This document shows positions 33,711 to 43,960 of a stretch of 64,000 nt of DNA, one piece after another (within the stretch, counting starts at the first letter, position 1; the number at the start of each line of letters is the position of its first letter). Source of the DNA: an uncultured Nitrososphaerota archaeon (lineage in GTDB: Archaea; Thermoproteota; Nitrososphaeria; Conexivisphaerales; DTJL01); the NCBI GenBank assembly GCA_963842885.1, contig CAWJIE010000003.1:128001-192000 (forward strand), written 5' to 3'. A program made the translations under genes and the position numbers. A model generated the notes under the pieces. The model had not been told where the DNA came from. It saw only the letters and a list, made by a program, of their open reading frames with translations, and did not search any database.

Positions 33711-33957
33711 GAAGGTCACGCCAGCAGCCGGTGAGCACAAACCGGTCCGGATGCTTCTTCTCGGGGGAGTCCAAGGCTTTCCTCATCGTGGAGCCCGTCA
33801 CGTCAACCTCCTTCATGTTCCCGGTGCGCTGCAGTAGCGGTCCCATCACGATGAATCTGGCGGCCAATTGGCGCCTTCGATGTAACGCTTAACAAGAATC
33901 GACCATGGGCCCCCCTTCAGGTGGAATGACGAAAAGACGGGAGAGTCGCCCGGTCGG

Positions 33958-34542
33958 CTAGGACTGCTTCTCGAGCATCTTGGTGAAGGTCCAAAGGGTC
34001 GTGCTGAGGACCTCGTTGAGCCGGGCCTTGTCGTTGAAGTTCCTCACGGTCAGCTTGACGATCCTGCCGCCATCCTCCTGGAACTCGAATGAGAAGAGCT
34101 TGTCCTTCGCCAGCTTCCCTTGGGCGGCCGCTTCCTCGTCCGCGGTCCTCATCCCCCCCAGCACCTTGCCCACAAGGTATGAGTTGAAAGGAGGGGTCGT
34201 CGACCTGAGGACCACGTCCGTCACAGGGACGACGGTCACCTTGTTGCCCTGCACGTATGCGTTGGCGATCAGGTAGTTGTCCCTCTGCCTCTTCAGGGGC
34301 CTGGTCTCGCTCTCTTCAGCAGGTAGGCTCGCTTCGATCTGCTCCGGGGCCGCTTCTCTTACCGGCTCCCTTGGAACCACTGGGACCTCGGTCGCCTTGA
34401 CGAAGCTCCCCCTCTTGAGCTGCTCGTCGACCAAAGACAGGGTCTGCTTGGTGAGCTCCAGCTCCTCCTCCAGACCCTTGATCTTATCCTCCAACCACTG
34501 GCGCAGGTCAGCCATACGCCTGACGTCCTCTTGGCTGCTCAC
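33958..34542 (-). CDS. Conserved archaeal hypothetical protein with N-terminal coiled coil
   Basis: WLEDKIKGLEEEL...SFVKA...TPPFNSYLVGKVL...WTFTKM. Confidence 0.7.
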   Translation of the reverse strand: MSSQEDVRRMADLRQWLEDKIKGLEEELELTKQTLSLVDEQLKRGSFVKATEVPVVPREPVREAAPEQIEASLPAEESETRPLKRQRDNYLIANAYVQGNKVTVVPVTDVVLRSTTPPFNSYLVGKVLGGMRTADEEAAAQGKLAKDKLFSFEFQEDGGRIVKLTVRNFNDKARLNEVLSTTLWTFTKMLEKQS

Positions 34543-34638
34543 GCCCTTCCACACGACATACAACGGTTATAGCCTTTTTCAGCAATAGTCCCCAACGGAG
34601 GGCGATCAACGCCAGCGCGACTGCGCGGCACGACGCGA

Positions 34639-35679
34639 CTAGGACTGGGAAAGGAGCTCTGCGGCCTTCTTCGCTATGGCCCCGGCCATCTCCTTCGTCC
34701 CTGCAGTGCCCTTGAGGTCGTAGGTCAGGACTTTCCCTTCAGACACGATCGAATCCACAGCCGAAAAGATGGAGGCCCCCTTCTTCGCCTCTCCCAGGTA
34801 CTTGAGCATCCAGGCGCCCGAAAGGACCGTGGCCACGGGGTTTACCTTGTCGAGCCCCTTGTACTTCGGACTGCTTCCGTGGGCGGGCTCGAACATGGCG
34901 TACCTGTCGCCGATGTTGGCCGAGTACACCATCCCAATGCTGCCTATGAGTCCCGAAGCCTCCTCCGTGAGCACGTCCATGAACAGGTTCGTGCCCACGA
35001 TGACCTTCTGGTTGAATATCTGCGGATTCTTCACCAGCTGCTGAGCGAAGTTGTCTATGAAGTACTCCTCCATCTCAACGCCGGGGAACTCCTTCCCCAC
35101 CGTCCTGAACACCTCGAGCCAGAGTCCGTCGGTGACCTTCAGTATGTTGGCCTTGTTTATCGCGACGATCTTCCGCCAACCACTCTCGGCGGCCTCCTTG
35201 AACGCGAACCGGATGACCTTCTCGCTGGACTTCCTGGTCACCTTGCGCACTGCTGCGGCCGCGTCGTCGCCCAGCTTGAACTCGATGCCTGAGTACAGGC
35301 CCTCGGTGCCCTCTCGGACGAAGAACATGTCGACCGCCCCCAGCGGCCCTTCCCAGCCCTTGTAGGTCTTGACCGGCCTTACGTTGGCGTAGAGGTCGAA
35401 CCTTTGCCTGATGCTTACGGCCACGCTCCGCGGCGTGTTCGGCCCGGGCTCGGTCGTAGTGGGTCCTTTCAGACATGCGTCGCTGTCCTCGAGGACGTCC
35501 CATGTCTCCCTGGGGATGTAGCTGTCAGAGTGAGCGGCATGGAAGTACTCCGCGCCACCTTCGCAGGGGATGAATTCAATGCTGTCGGTGGCCCCGACGG
35601 CCTTGAAAACCTCCATCGTCGCATCGACCAGCTCGGGCCCAGTGCCGTCTCCTCGAATAACGGCGACCTTCTTCGCCAT
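34639..35679 (-). CDS. Isocitrate/isopropylmalate dehydrogenase family protein
   Basis: GDGTGPE, DLYANVRP, KANIL and FEPAHGSSPK. Confidence 0.92.
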   Translation of the reverse strand: MAKKVAVIRGDGTGPELVDATMEVFKAVGATDSIEFIPCEGGAEYFHAAHSDSYIPRETWDVLEDSDACLKGPTTTEPGPNTPRSVAVSIRQRFDLYANVRPVKTYKGWEGPLGAVDMFFVREGTEGLYSGIEFKLGDDAAAAVRKVTRKSSEKVIRFAFKEAAESGWRKIVAINKANILKVTDGLWLEVFRTVGKEFPGVEMEEYFIDNFAQQLVKNPQIFNQKVIVGTNLFMDVLTEEASGLIGSIGMVYSANIGDRYAMFEPAHGSSPKYKGLDKVNPVATVLSGAWMLKYLGEAKKGASIFSAVDSIVSEGKVLTYDLKGTAGTKEMAGAIAKKAAELLSQS

Positions 35680-36196
35680 CTAGCTCATCGTTCTTCACGT
35701 GTTTTCGGCGGGTTAATATTAATTGCTGACTAGACAACCTATGAATAGAAAATGGGTTTACCGTGAGATGGACGGATAGCCGCAGGAGACGCACCATATT
35801 CGGGAGCAAAGGAAGCAGAATATCTGACTTAGTGTATGACTTGTATCGGCAACAATAACCTTTGTGTCTGGCTGCGTTTCTTCCAAGCGCGATCGACCAC
35901 CTGAATCAGACAACCAATGTGGATGGCAGGAGGCCGAAGGCTCGCTAAAGAAGGTCCCTGACACCCTGACCCAGTGTACCCAGACCACCTTTCAGGAAGC
36001 TCGGTCGTCTCAAGTCTCTTTAAAAATACAAAACACAATTGTCTAGACTGTAGCTTGGGCAAATCGATTTTGTGTCTTCGAGGGGTTTCCTGTGCTATGC
36101 AGTCCGATTCAGATTCGCGGCTATTCTGTTCGTTGGCTTCAAAAGGCCTCACGGCATGAAGCTACTCAGAGAGTTGAGGCGCGGCATGATTGACCC

Positions 36197-37150
36197 CTAT
36201 GCCTTCGCCGGCTCTTGTATCTTCAACGCCATCTTCAGCCCCTTGTATCTATTCCTAATGGTGACTTCCGTGACAGCCGCAGCCTCGGCGATGTCCTTCT
36301 GAGTCTTGTTCTCGCCTTCAAGCACGCAGGCTACGTAGAGGGCTGCCGCAGCCAGTCCCATGGGGTCCTTTCCTGCGCTCGTCCTGGATTCGATGGCCTT
36401 CTTCAATATGCCCACCGCGCGCCTCTGCGTCCTCTCAGTAAGGCCTGACTTGCTGGCGATCCTGGAGACACATTTCACGGGGTCCGTCACGGGCATCCTC
36501 AGCTCAAGCTCACGTAGGAGGAGCCGATAACATCTAGCCACGTCCTTCTTCTTCATGCCGCTGGCAGCCGCAACGTCTTTCAAGGTCCTCGGGGTCTCCG
36601 TCACCCTGCAGGCGGCGTAGGTGGACGCTGCGATGAGGGCACCGATGCTCCTTCCCCTCACGAGGCCCTTATCCAGGGCCTTCCTGTAGATGTAGGCAGA
36701 CCTTTCGACGACGACGTCGGAGATGCTCAGCTTGTCGGCCAACCTGTCCAGTTCGCTGAAGGCCTGGCGCAAGTTCCTGTCCACAGGTTCGTGGACCTGG
36801 CTCCTCCCGTCCCAGGTCCTGAGCCGCTCGATGGCCGACCTGACGCTGCCAGCCAGGTTCTTACCGGAGGCATCCCTGTTCTCCGAGCCGATGACGGTGG
36901 CCAGGCCCATGTCGTGCATAGCAAGCGATGCGGGGATCCCCACCCTGCTCCTGCTCTCCTTCTCTTCGGCGGTGAAGGATCGCCACTCCGGACCCGTCTC
37001 CTCGATCCGCTCCTTGGTTACGAACCCGCACGAATTGCAGACCATTTCACCCCTAGCCGAGTCGACGACCGTGGCTCGCCTGCCGCAACGTGGGCAGCGC
37101 TCCGTCTGCGCGTTCTGATCGCTGGGAAACAGCTTTCTTCTGGAGGACAG
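36197..37150 (-). CDS. tfb: Transcription initiation factor IIB (probable CTG start)
   Basis: CPRCG...VCNSCG zinc ribbon, GPEWRSF, LVRGRS and VTEVTIRNRY; the frame is open to the CTG at 37150, which follows GGTGA. Confidence 0.93.
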   Translation of the reverse strand: MSSRRKLFPSDQNAQTERCPRCGRRATVVDSARGEMVCNSCGFVTKERIEETGPEWRSFTAEEKESRSRVGIPASLAMHDMGLATVIGSENRDASGKNLAGSVRSAIERLRTWDGRSQVHEPVDRNLRQAFSELDRLADKLSISDVVVERSAYIYRKALDKGLVRGRSIGALIAASTYAACRVTETPRTLKDVAAASGMKKKDVARCYRLLLRELELRMPVTDPVKCVSRIASKSGLTERTQRRAVGILKKAIESRTSAGKDPMGLAAAALYVACVLEGENKTQKDIAEAAAVTEVTIRNRYKGLKMALKIQEPAKA

Positions 37151-37191
37151 AACAAGTCACCAAAAAGTGGTCGACGCCTATGGCTGATCTC

Positions 37192-37749
37192 CTAGTACAC
37201 CATCAGCCCTTCGTTTTCAAGAAGCGTATGGAGCTTGCTGACGGCTTCGTAGACCTCCTCCTCCTTCTTGGCGCCCGTACACACCAACTTCCCGCTGGCG
37301 AAGACCAGGATGACCGTCTTCGGCTCGAGCATCCTGTGTATCAGGCCGGGGAACTGCTCGGGCTCGTACAAGCTCCGAGTCAGCTTCAGGGCGGCCTCCT
37401 CCAGCTTGACCCTCCCTCCTAGGCTGACCGACGCGACTATGTTCTGAATCTCCATCTCCGGCTCGTTCTGTATCTTGATTCCCGACTTCCTCAGGTTCTG
37501 CACCACCGTCTGGACCGCCTTGAAAGCCTGTTCTTCGCTCTTCGCACCGGTGCACACCATCTTCCCGGTCCTGAAGATCAGCGTGCAGGTCTTGGGCGCC
37601 TTCAGGCGGAAGGCCAACCCTGGGAACACCTGCGGGTTGTACTCCACGTCGGGAAAGAGCCTAGTAATCTCGCTCAGGTCTATGGGTTGGTTGACCCCAC
37701 CCGAGGCTACCACGTTCTCGATAGAAATGAGCGGGGTGGTCTTCGGCAT
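37192..37749 (-). CDS. tbp: TATA-binding protein (divergent paralogue)
   Basis: IENVVAS, FPGL, GKMVCTGAKS and YEPEQFPGL. Confidence 0.95.
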   Translation of the reverse strand: MPKTTPLISIENVVASGGVNQPIDLSEITRLFPDVEYNPQVFPGLAFRLKAPKTCTLIFRTGKMVCTGAKSEEQAFKAVQTVVQNLRKSGIKIQNEPEMEIQNIVASVSLGGRVKLEEAALKLTRSLYEPEQFPGLIHRMLEPKTVILVFASGKLVCTGAKKEEEVYEAVSKLHTLLENEGLMVY

Positions 37750-38225
37750 GCAAATCGGCAGTTCGTTCGTAGACCCTACATATAAGGACGAGCGTCGAGG
37801 GATTCTGCTGACCAATCTGCTCGGTAACCAAAGGGCCATCTTTCGCGCTGTCTTCTGGATGGTGGGCGAATATGGAATGTCCCTGTCAAGCTTCAGCAAG
37901 TCCTCAACCTCCGACGGTGATATTGCGAGGTAGTCGTCCTCTGCCCTCTCCCGTTCCTTGCAAAGGCCCTTCCCGAAGCTGAACGCCACGACCGTCCGCC
38001 AATTCTTGCCAGCCGTATCTGCGCCTTCGTGGGCATCGCCTTCGTCCTGGTGCATCTCCTGAAGGGGAGCAGCAGCCTGATGATGGCCTCCATTTCCGTG
38101 TTCCTGGCCCTGGTCCTGTTCTGGGGCTTCGCGGCGAACGCCCTCATCGCCGAACCCTTCCTAAGCTCGCTGCATTAAAGGGCGTGCCCTACGCATTCCG
38201 TTCTGCCAGGACCGAGGGAATCAAG

Positions 38226-38317
38226 GCAACATCGTGGACCTAGCAGCAATCGTAGCTTGCCCCATGTGGGCCGTTATTGTGAACGTGATTCTGAACCTTA
38301 TTCGAGGTTCCAAGCGC
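38226..38317 (-). repeat. Degenerate dispersed repeat (B-like then A-like)
   Basis: Reverse complement: GCGCTTGGAACCTCGAATAAGG...ACGTTCAC and ATTGCTGCTAGGTCCACGATGTTG. Confidence 0.4.
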
Positions 38318-38320
38318 TCT

Positions 38321-39055
38321 TCACTCCTTCACGATTACGGCTATGTACAGAGAGTTTCCTGAATCCAAGTATTTCTCCACCTTCCACCCAGTCCCCGCCA
38401 GCATCCTCTCCATTTCTGCCTTCGAGACGAAAAGGTAATCGAACCAAGGAGTAGCGTATTTCAGGTATCGCACGCGAATGCGAATCTGGCCCGCCCTCCT
38501 TTCCCTTTCCAAATTCTGCTTATGATACGACAGATGGGACGGATCAGATTTCCTGTACGGGTCTATGACTTCGGCTATTATTCTGGCCTCGGCGGTGGTC
38601 ATGGCGTGGAACCTCCTTAGCAACCAGCGCGCTCGCTTGAAGTTCCCAAAGAGCCCGAAGTTGTTGCCCAGCATTATTATGGTGTCGAACCTGCCCAGCT
38701 TCGAGGAAAGCCTCGTAATGGGAATGACCTTGACGTTCCTCACCCCTCTTATTTCGCAGACCTTGACCGCCAGCGGAGATGCGTCGGTGCCAAGGACTTG
38801 GAGCCCCTTTCTTTGAAGGTAGAGGGAATGGCGGCCTGCTCCACACCCGACATCCAGGACTCTCCCCCTCACGAAGCGCATGGCCTTCCGTTCTATCTCT
38901 GGCCAGTCCTTGTACTCGGAGAAGTATACCCTGGCTGCGTTGGTGACGTCGAAATAGCCGTCGTTCCTCTCAATGATTTCGAAACTTCCTTTGGACTTCA
39001 GGTAGTCGTAGAGGATGTGTCCAAAGGCGTCCTGCTGGTCCTTGATCAAGCCCAT
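38321..39055 (-). CDS. Class I SAM-dependent methyltransferase
   Basis: VLDVGCGAGRHSLYLQ and FDTIIMLGNNFG. Confidence 0.88.
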   Translation of the reverse strand: MGLIKDQQDAFGHILYDYLKSKGSFEIIERNDGYFDVTNAARVYFSEYKDWPEIERKAMRFVRGRVLDVGCGAGRHSLYLQRKGLQVLGTDASPLAVKVCEIRGVRNVKVIPITRLSSKLGRFDTIIMLGNNFGLFGNFKRARWLLRRFHAMTTAEARIIAEVIDPYRKSDPSHLSYHKQNLERERRAGQIRIRVRYLKYATPWFDYLFVSKAEMERMLAGTGWKVEKYLDSGNSLYIAVIVKE

Positions 39056-39561
39056 TCCCTCGATATTGGGAAAGTTCAGGATATAAGTGAGAGCGTGCCC
39101 ACTTGCTCTAGAAGCTTTTTTGCGTAGCTTTTAAGAGGATATCGCTTTCGACGTGGAGGGCATCGTCTTTGACGAGTGCTTCGGGCGTTTCTCGAAGGAC
39201 TTGGGGCGACCTACGTGCCTGGGATAGGCTACGTTTTCATCTCATAGACTCTTTTTCGGAATCTCCTGACGGCTTCTGAACGGTATCCTTCCTCCCCCCA
39301 ACGGTGTTTCTCCTCAGCCACAAGCTCCCTTTAGTAGCCTGCCCAAAGAAGACGGAAGGCAGTCAGAAGGAGGCCCAAGTGACCCTCTTTAAGTCGGCTT
39401 TCACCTTCGGCTGGACTCAGAAGGACATTCAGAGCCGCCGAAAGATCTTCCGTCAGAGTGTTTTTCTCTTGTGGACGAAGTATTCGTAAGTCAGTCTTGG
39501 AGCCACATCAGTCGCAACTGTAACGATAATAAGACGAGTCTGGTAGCTTTAGGGGTCAGAC

Positions 39562-39993
39562 ATGAAAGAGAAGAAGATAGTCCTTGTAGCCCATGATTCC
39601 AAGAAGAGAAGCATGGTCGAATGGGTGGCCTACAACAAAGAGACCTTGAAGGAGTTCGAAATATGGGCCACGGAGAGCACAGGGAGGATGGTCATGAAAG
39701 AAAGTGGCTTGCCAGTGAACCTCCTTCTCTCTGGGCCTCTAGGTGGCGACGCCCAAGTAGGCACGATGACCGCTGAAGGAAGGGTTGACATAATCATATT
39801 CTTCTGGGATCCTCTGACTCCTCAACCTCACGATGTAGATGTGAAGACCCTCTTACGTCTGGCGGTATTATATGATGTTCCCATTGCCTGCAATCGGAGT
39901 ACTGCCGATTTCATCATTTCTTCTTCTATGTTCAGAGACTGGAAGCATTATACAGATGAGCGCAAGAGATTGAAGAGAGGACTTACTTCCTGA
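39562..39993 (+). CDS. mgsA: Methylglyoxal synthase
   Basis: LVAHDSKK, SGPLGGDAQ, FFWDPL..QPHDVDV and IACNRSTAD. Confidence 0.95.
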   Translation: MKEKKIVLVAHDSKKRSMVEWVAYNKETLKEFEIWATESTGRMVMKESGLPVNLLLSGPLGGDAQVGTMTAEGRVDIIIFFWDPLTPQPHDVDVKTLLRLAVLYDVPIACNRSTADFIISSSMFRDWKHYTDERKRLKRGLTS

Positions 39994-40186
39994 CCGTATA
40001 CTCGACGGTGTATCCCTTGTCATCCGTCGAGAGGAATTTCAGGGTCGAAATCTGACCGCGCTTCTCTTCGTCATCGGCATATCCGAGTTCCTTGAGCTTC
40101 AGTATATCGAATCCCGAAAGGTCTGCGTAGTCGATCGCAGGCTCCGTGAATCGCCCTATCTCCTTTGTCCTGAGTAGCTCTGTCAC
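39983..40186 (-). CDS. Hypothetical protein fragment
   Basis: Short ORF downstream of vsr with no motif recognised. Confidence 0.3.
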   Translation of the reverse strand: MTELLRTKEIGRFTEPAIDYADLSGFDILKLKELGYADDEEKRGQISTLKFLSTDDKGYTVEYTVRK

Positions 40187-40268
40187 AGATGTTACGGTGC
40201 TCTTCTCGGAGCCGGGCTCCTTGGTCCCGGGCAGAAGAATCTGGGAACGCCGGGAAGCTCCCCGGGGG

Positions 40269-40643
40269 TCAAGGGAAGAGGGCCCTCCTCACGCTTTCCA
40301 CGCAGCCTGGCATCGCCTCATAAAGCTCGTGCTCCCAGAACTCCAAGAGGGTCCATCCGTCACGCCTGAGCGACTCCCTGACCCTCGCGTCCCGTTCGAC
40401 GTTCAGGGCGAACTTGCGCTCCCAGAACCCGGTGTGCGTCTTGGGCAGTTCGAGTCTGCAGATGGGGCACCTGTGCCATAAGCAGCCATGGACTTCGACG
40501 GCCACCCACTTCGAAGGGAACGCCACGTCCACATGCGTCGTGCCGATGCGGTAGTTCACCCTGAAGCCGAATATCCCCGATTTCTGCAACGCTCGTCTCA
40601 GCAGTAGCTCGGGCTTGGTGTCGCGGCCTCGGTTAGCCACCAT
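40269..40643 (-). CDS. vsr: Very-short-patch repair endonuclease
   Basis: RDTKPE, VHGCLWHRC, FWERKFALNVERD and FWEHE. Confidence 0.9.
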   Translation of the reverse strand: MVANRGRDTKPELLLRRALQKSGIFGFRVNYRIGTTHVDVAFPSKWVAVEVHGCLWHRCPICRLELPKTHTGFWERKFALNVERDARVRESLRRDGWTLLEFWEHELYEAMPGCVESVRRALFP

Positions 40644-41190
40644 TTCCTTGTGTGCGCGCTTGGTCGTATAGCTTCCTCACTTTCTCTTCTTCTGACGCGT
40701 AATCGGACAACTTCGAAAATGAAGTCGTAGTGCCATAATTATGTCTTTCAGATATGGGTCGCAAACTACCCGCTGAAGTAGTCCTCCTTATTGTACAGCG
40801 TACTCGCCACACTTGGGATATCTTTCGGAAACGCTGTCTATCATCGCGATTCTGAAGCATGCCGGGTCAGAGAATTGGTGGAGTCCGCTATATCTCCAGA
40901 TGGACCTGAACCACGCGGTCGATCTGCTTTCCCGCCTTAGTCATCTTGAACTCTATCAGGAATATCGCGCTGCGCACTTGGACGAACCTATGGGCGGCTA
41001 CTCGTTTCTGCCTCATAGCCACTCCCCGATATGTCACCGTAGTCCCCTCCTTGGCCTCGACTTTCGACTTTACAGCCGCGACACATAGATTGAAGAGGGT
41101 CCCTTGTGGAAAGCCCAACGTTCCGTCAAGAAATTCAAGGTAATCCTTCGATGTAAGATGGGTTTCCTTTGGTCCAGGATACCTCCCCAT
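40633..41190 (-). pseudogene. Interrupted hypothetical gene upstream of vsr
   Basis: Two same-frame ORFs (40888-41190 and 40633-40860) separated by TAG and TGA. Confidence 0.35.
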
Positions 41191-41210
41191 ATCCCTTTAG
41201 ATAGACTTCA

Positions 41211-41795
41211 ATGCTAATCAGCTTTTGCCTTTCTTCCCTTCTCCTACTGGGCCTCGGGGCCTTTCAAGAACTTCGACATCCTTTCATTCCCTCCTTTCAG
41301 TTTCAGGCCCGCTTAGAGAGACGCCCGCTGTACCCAAGCCAACTTCAGGCTCTCCCGAATAGTCCGCTGGATGGCACGTCTTTGTCAGCCCGATTCAGAT
41401 TCCCCGATGACCAGAGCTGGGGTGTGACACGCGGCGCCGAAATCCACGCCGACGGACCCATCACGACAGCCATCCCTCCGCGTCCACCTTGCGCCAAGAT
41501 GAGAGACCGAAGCACTTGGGTCTTTGCTTTGGACGCTGTAATGTGGTCTTCGGTTGATGGAGCGCGAAACCTGTTCATCATCAACCGACGACTTCACAAG
41601 GCCCTCTACAAAGACCTTATAGATGGGAACAGCGCCGAGAAGAACTTACAAAGAGAGTTGTGGAGCGAAAATAGCTGTGCAAGGCAAGTCTTCAGGCGCT
41701 CTAACATCGAGATACCTAGTCTGAAGGACGTTAACTGGTTGCGATTCTGCAGAGAGCAACTCAAGCCGATGGATCAGGCATGGGAACAATCGTGA
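41211..41795 (+). CDS. Hypothetical protein (start uncertain)
   Basis: ORF overlaps the start of the TPR gene; no motif recognised. Confidence 0.35.
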   Translation: MLISFCLSSLLLLGLGAFQELRHPFIPSFQFQARLERRPLYPSQLQALPNSPLDGTSLSARFRFPDDQSWGVTRGAEIHADGPITTAIPPRPPCAKMRDRSTWVFALDAVMWSSVDGARNLFIINRRLHKALYKDLIDGNSAEKNLQRELWSENSCARQVFRRSNIEIPSLKDVNWLRFCREQLKPMDQAWEQS

Positions 41796-43198
41796 TGCCG
41801 TCGTCATCGCATAAGACTCCTCAGGACATCGAAGCATACCGACTGGTGCAGGAAGGGTTGGCGCTGGCCAAATCGAATAGACACGACGCGGCTGCTGATT
41901 TGTTCAGAAAGGCTGCGAATGTGGCCACCAGCGCCGAGGCAAAGAGATTTGCGGGACATAATGCGGCGGTTGCGCTGACAATATTAGCGGTGCACAAGGC
42001 CTCGCAATACGGATCTGGGTGCCCTCCAAAGAGCGTTGAGGCCGAAGTTGAGGCCCTGTTCGAAGAGGCTCTGCATCACGCCCCAGACTGCATACCTGCG
42101 CTCGACCAGTACGGCTATCTGAAGATGCTTCAAGGTAGAATGAAAGAAGCTACGGAATTGTACAGCAGAGCTGCAGACCTGCAACCCAAGGACTATGAGG
42201 CACAGAAGAATTGTGCATTCTCATACGCGACTTGCCACCTATATGAAAAGGCGCTTGACTACGCTAACCGCGCATTCTCGATCAACAACAGAGACGCGGA
42301 GCTTGTCGTCCTCATATCCCAACTTCTCTACCAAACGAGAGAGTACCTCCGGAGCATAGATTACGCGAAACTCGCCACACAAATAGACCCCAGCCAACCG
42401 ATGGCCCAGGAGTCTGCTGGGTTGAGCTATGGAATGCTGGGCGAACTGACGGAATCGGCCAAGCACTTTAAGGTAGCCCATGAGCTGAATCCAAAAGATG
42501 AAAGAATAGCCACCCTTTATTACTCTTCTTGGATGGAAACAGCTGGTGAAACGCGAAACTTCAGGGTTACCAGAGAATGGCTCGACGCAAGGGAGTGGCT
42601 CTTCCAGCACCACATGCGCAGCAATGACATCGAAGACCAGAGACTCGCAAAACAGAACTCCGAGAAGTTCGCCAGTATCTTCTCCAAGTTCGAATGCCAG
42701 CGGTGCGGGCGATGCTGTCTGGAAACAAAATGGGCATACTCGATCGACGCCCACATCATGTGGGAAGACATTCAGCGATGGAGAAGCGAAGGGAGAAACG
42801 ACATACTCAAATTGATTCACGTTTACGAGGGTCTGGGTGGAGACATCATGAACGCATCCCACGGCAGACTCTTGGCAACATGTCCCTTCTTCGGAGGCAG
42901 CGTGTCAGGTCAAGCTGGATGCGCGATCCATGAAACCAAACCATTCAACTGCGCAATTGCACCACTCTACTTTGACTCCAATGGCGTCTGCCCTTACTGC
43001 AATGAAGTCATACCAAGGGAAGCAGACGGTTGCCCGAATTGTGGGCAGTTCGTACGGATCGATCCCGGTTTTGTCACTCTTGGATGCCCTGGGCTAGTGC
43101 AGATGAAGAGGTCGGCAGCGAGAGAGCTCAGAAGAATGCACCTACAGATTCGAACTGGAACGCCTGTGGCACGGTCGCATCTCAGGAGATTCACCTAA
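41780..43198 (+). CDS. TPR-repeat protein fused to a YkgJ-type Cys cluster and a double zinc ribbon
   Basis: TPR helices; FECQRCGRCC...CPFF...CAIHETKPFNC; CPYC...CPNCG. Confidence 0.75.
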   Translation: MGTIVMPSSSHKTPQDIEAYRLVQEGLALAKSNRHDAAADLFRKAANVATSAEAKRFAGHNAAVALTILAVHKASQYGSGCPPKSVEAEVEALFEEALHHAPDCIPALDQYGYLKMLQGRMKEATELYSRAADLQPKDYEAQKNCAFSYATCHLYEKALDYANRAFSINNRDAELVVLISQLLYQTREYLRSIDYAKLATQIDPSQPMAQESAGLSYGMLGELTESAKHFKVAHELNPKDERIATLYYSSWMETAGETRNFRVTREWLDAREWLFQHHMRSNDIEDQRLAKQNSEKFASIFSKFECQRCGRCCLETKWAYSIDAHIMWEDIQRWRSEGRNDILKLIHVYEGLGGDIMNASHGRLLATCPFFGGSVSGQAGCAIHETKPFNCAIAPLYFDSNGVCPYCNEVIPREADGCPNCGQFVRIDPGFVTLGCPGLVQMKRSAARELRRMHLQIRTGTPVARSHLRRFT

Positions 43199-43402
43199 GC
43201 CCCGCAGGCCACGGGCGCTAACTGCGCGCTTCCAGGGCCTGTTTCTCTTTTGGTCTTTGGGTGGTATGGTAATAATGATATGGGCACAGTAGAGTTGTCG
43301 GTTGATGGCGAACAAGCTTCCCGTTACATCAACCGAAGAGTTCACAGAGCCAGGTATATAATGGCTTAAATACAGGCTTTATAAAAGCAATTGTCGAATC
43401 AT

Positions 43403-43960
43403 ATGCCGAAGACCACTCCCCTCATATCGATTGAGAACGTCGTGGCCTCAGCCAGCGTGAACCAAAGAATAGACCTCAACGAAATCACGCGGCTATTCCC
43501 GGACGTCGAATACCATCCCGAACAGTTCCCGGGGCTAGTCTTCCGCCTCAAGGCACCGAAGACCGCCACGCTGATCTTCAACTCCGGCAAGATGGTGTGC
43601 ACAGGAGCAAAGAGCGAAGAGCAATCCCGCAAGGCCGTGGCGATGGTTGTCCAGAAGCTCCGGAAGTCGGGAATCAAGGTGGAGAACGAGGCGGAAGTGG
43701 AGGTCCAGAACATCGTCGCTTCGGCGAGCTTGGGAGGGAGGGTCAAGCTGGAGGAGGCGGCGCTCACCCTTCCGCGCAGCATGTACGAGCCCGAGCAGTT
43801 CCCCGGCCTGATACACAGGATGTCGGAGCCGAAGACCGTCATCCTCCTCTTCGCCAGCGGGAAGCTGGTGTGCACCGGAGCCAAGAAGGAAGAAGATGTC
43901 TACAAGGCCGTGACCAACCTGCACACTCTCCTCGAAAGCCTGGACCTGATGATCTACTAG
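43403..43960 (+). CDS. tbp: TATA-binding protein
   Basis: Two repeats with YHPEQFPGL and YEPEQFPGL. Confidence 0.96.
   Translation: MPKTTPLISIENVVASASVNQRIDLNEITRLFPDVEYHPEQFPGLVFRLKAPKTATLIFNSGKMVCTGAKSEEQSRKAVAMVVQKLRKSGIKVENEAEVEVQNIVASASLGGRVKLEEAALTLPRSMYEPEQFPGLIHRMSEPKTVILLFASGKLVCTGAKKEEDVYKAVTNLHTLLESLDLMIY

Noticed and set aside
35700-36190. Lower-GC intergenic region with short Cys-rich ORFs
   Set aside because: No coherent ORF, RNA structure or clear repeat copy could be supported.
37750-38055. 100-aa N-terminal extension on TBP in the ORF track
   Set aside because: The paralogue starts at the same MPKTT, and a TATA-like TTATATGTA lies just upstream of 37749; the extension is an open-frame artefact.
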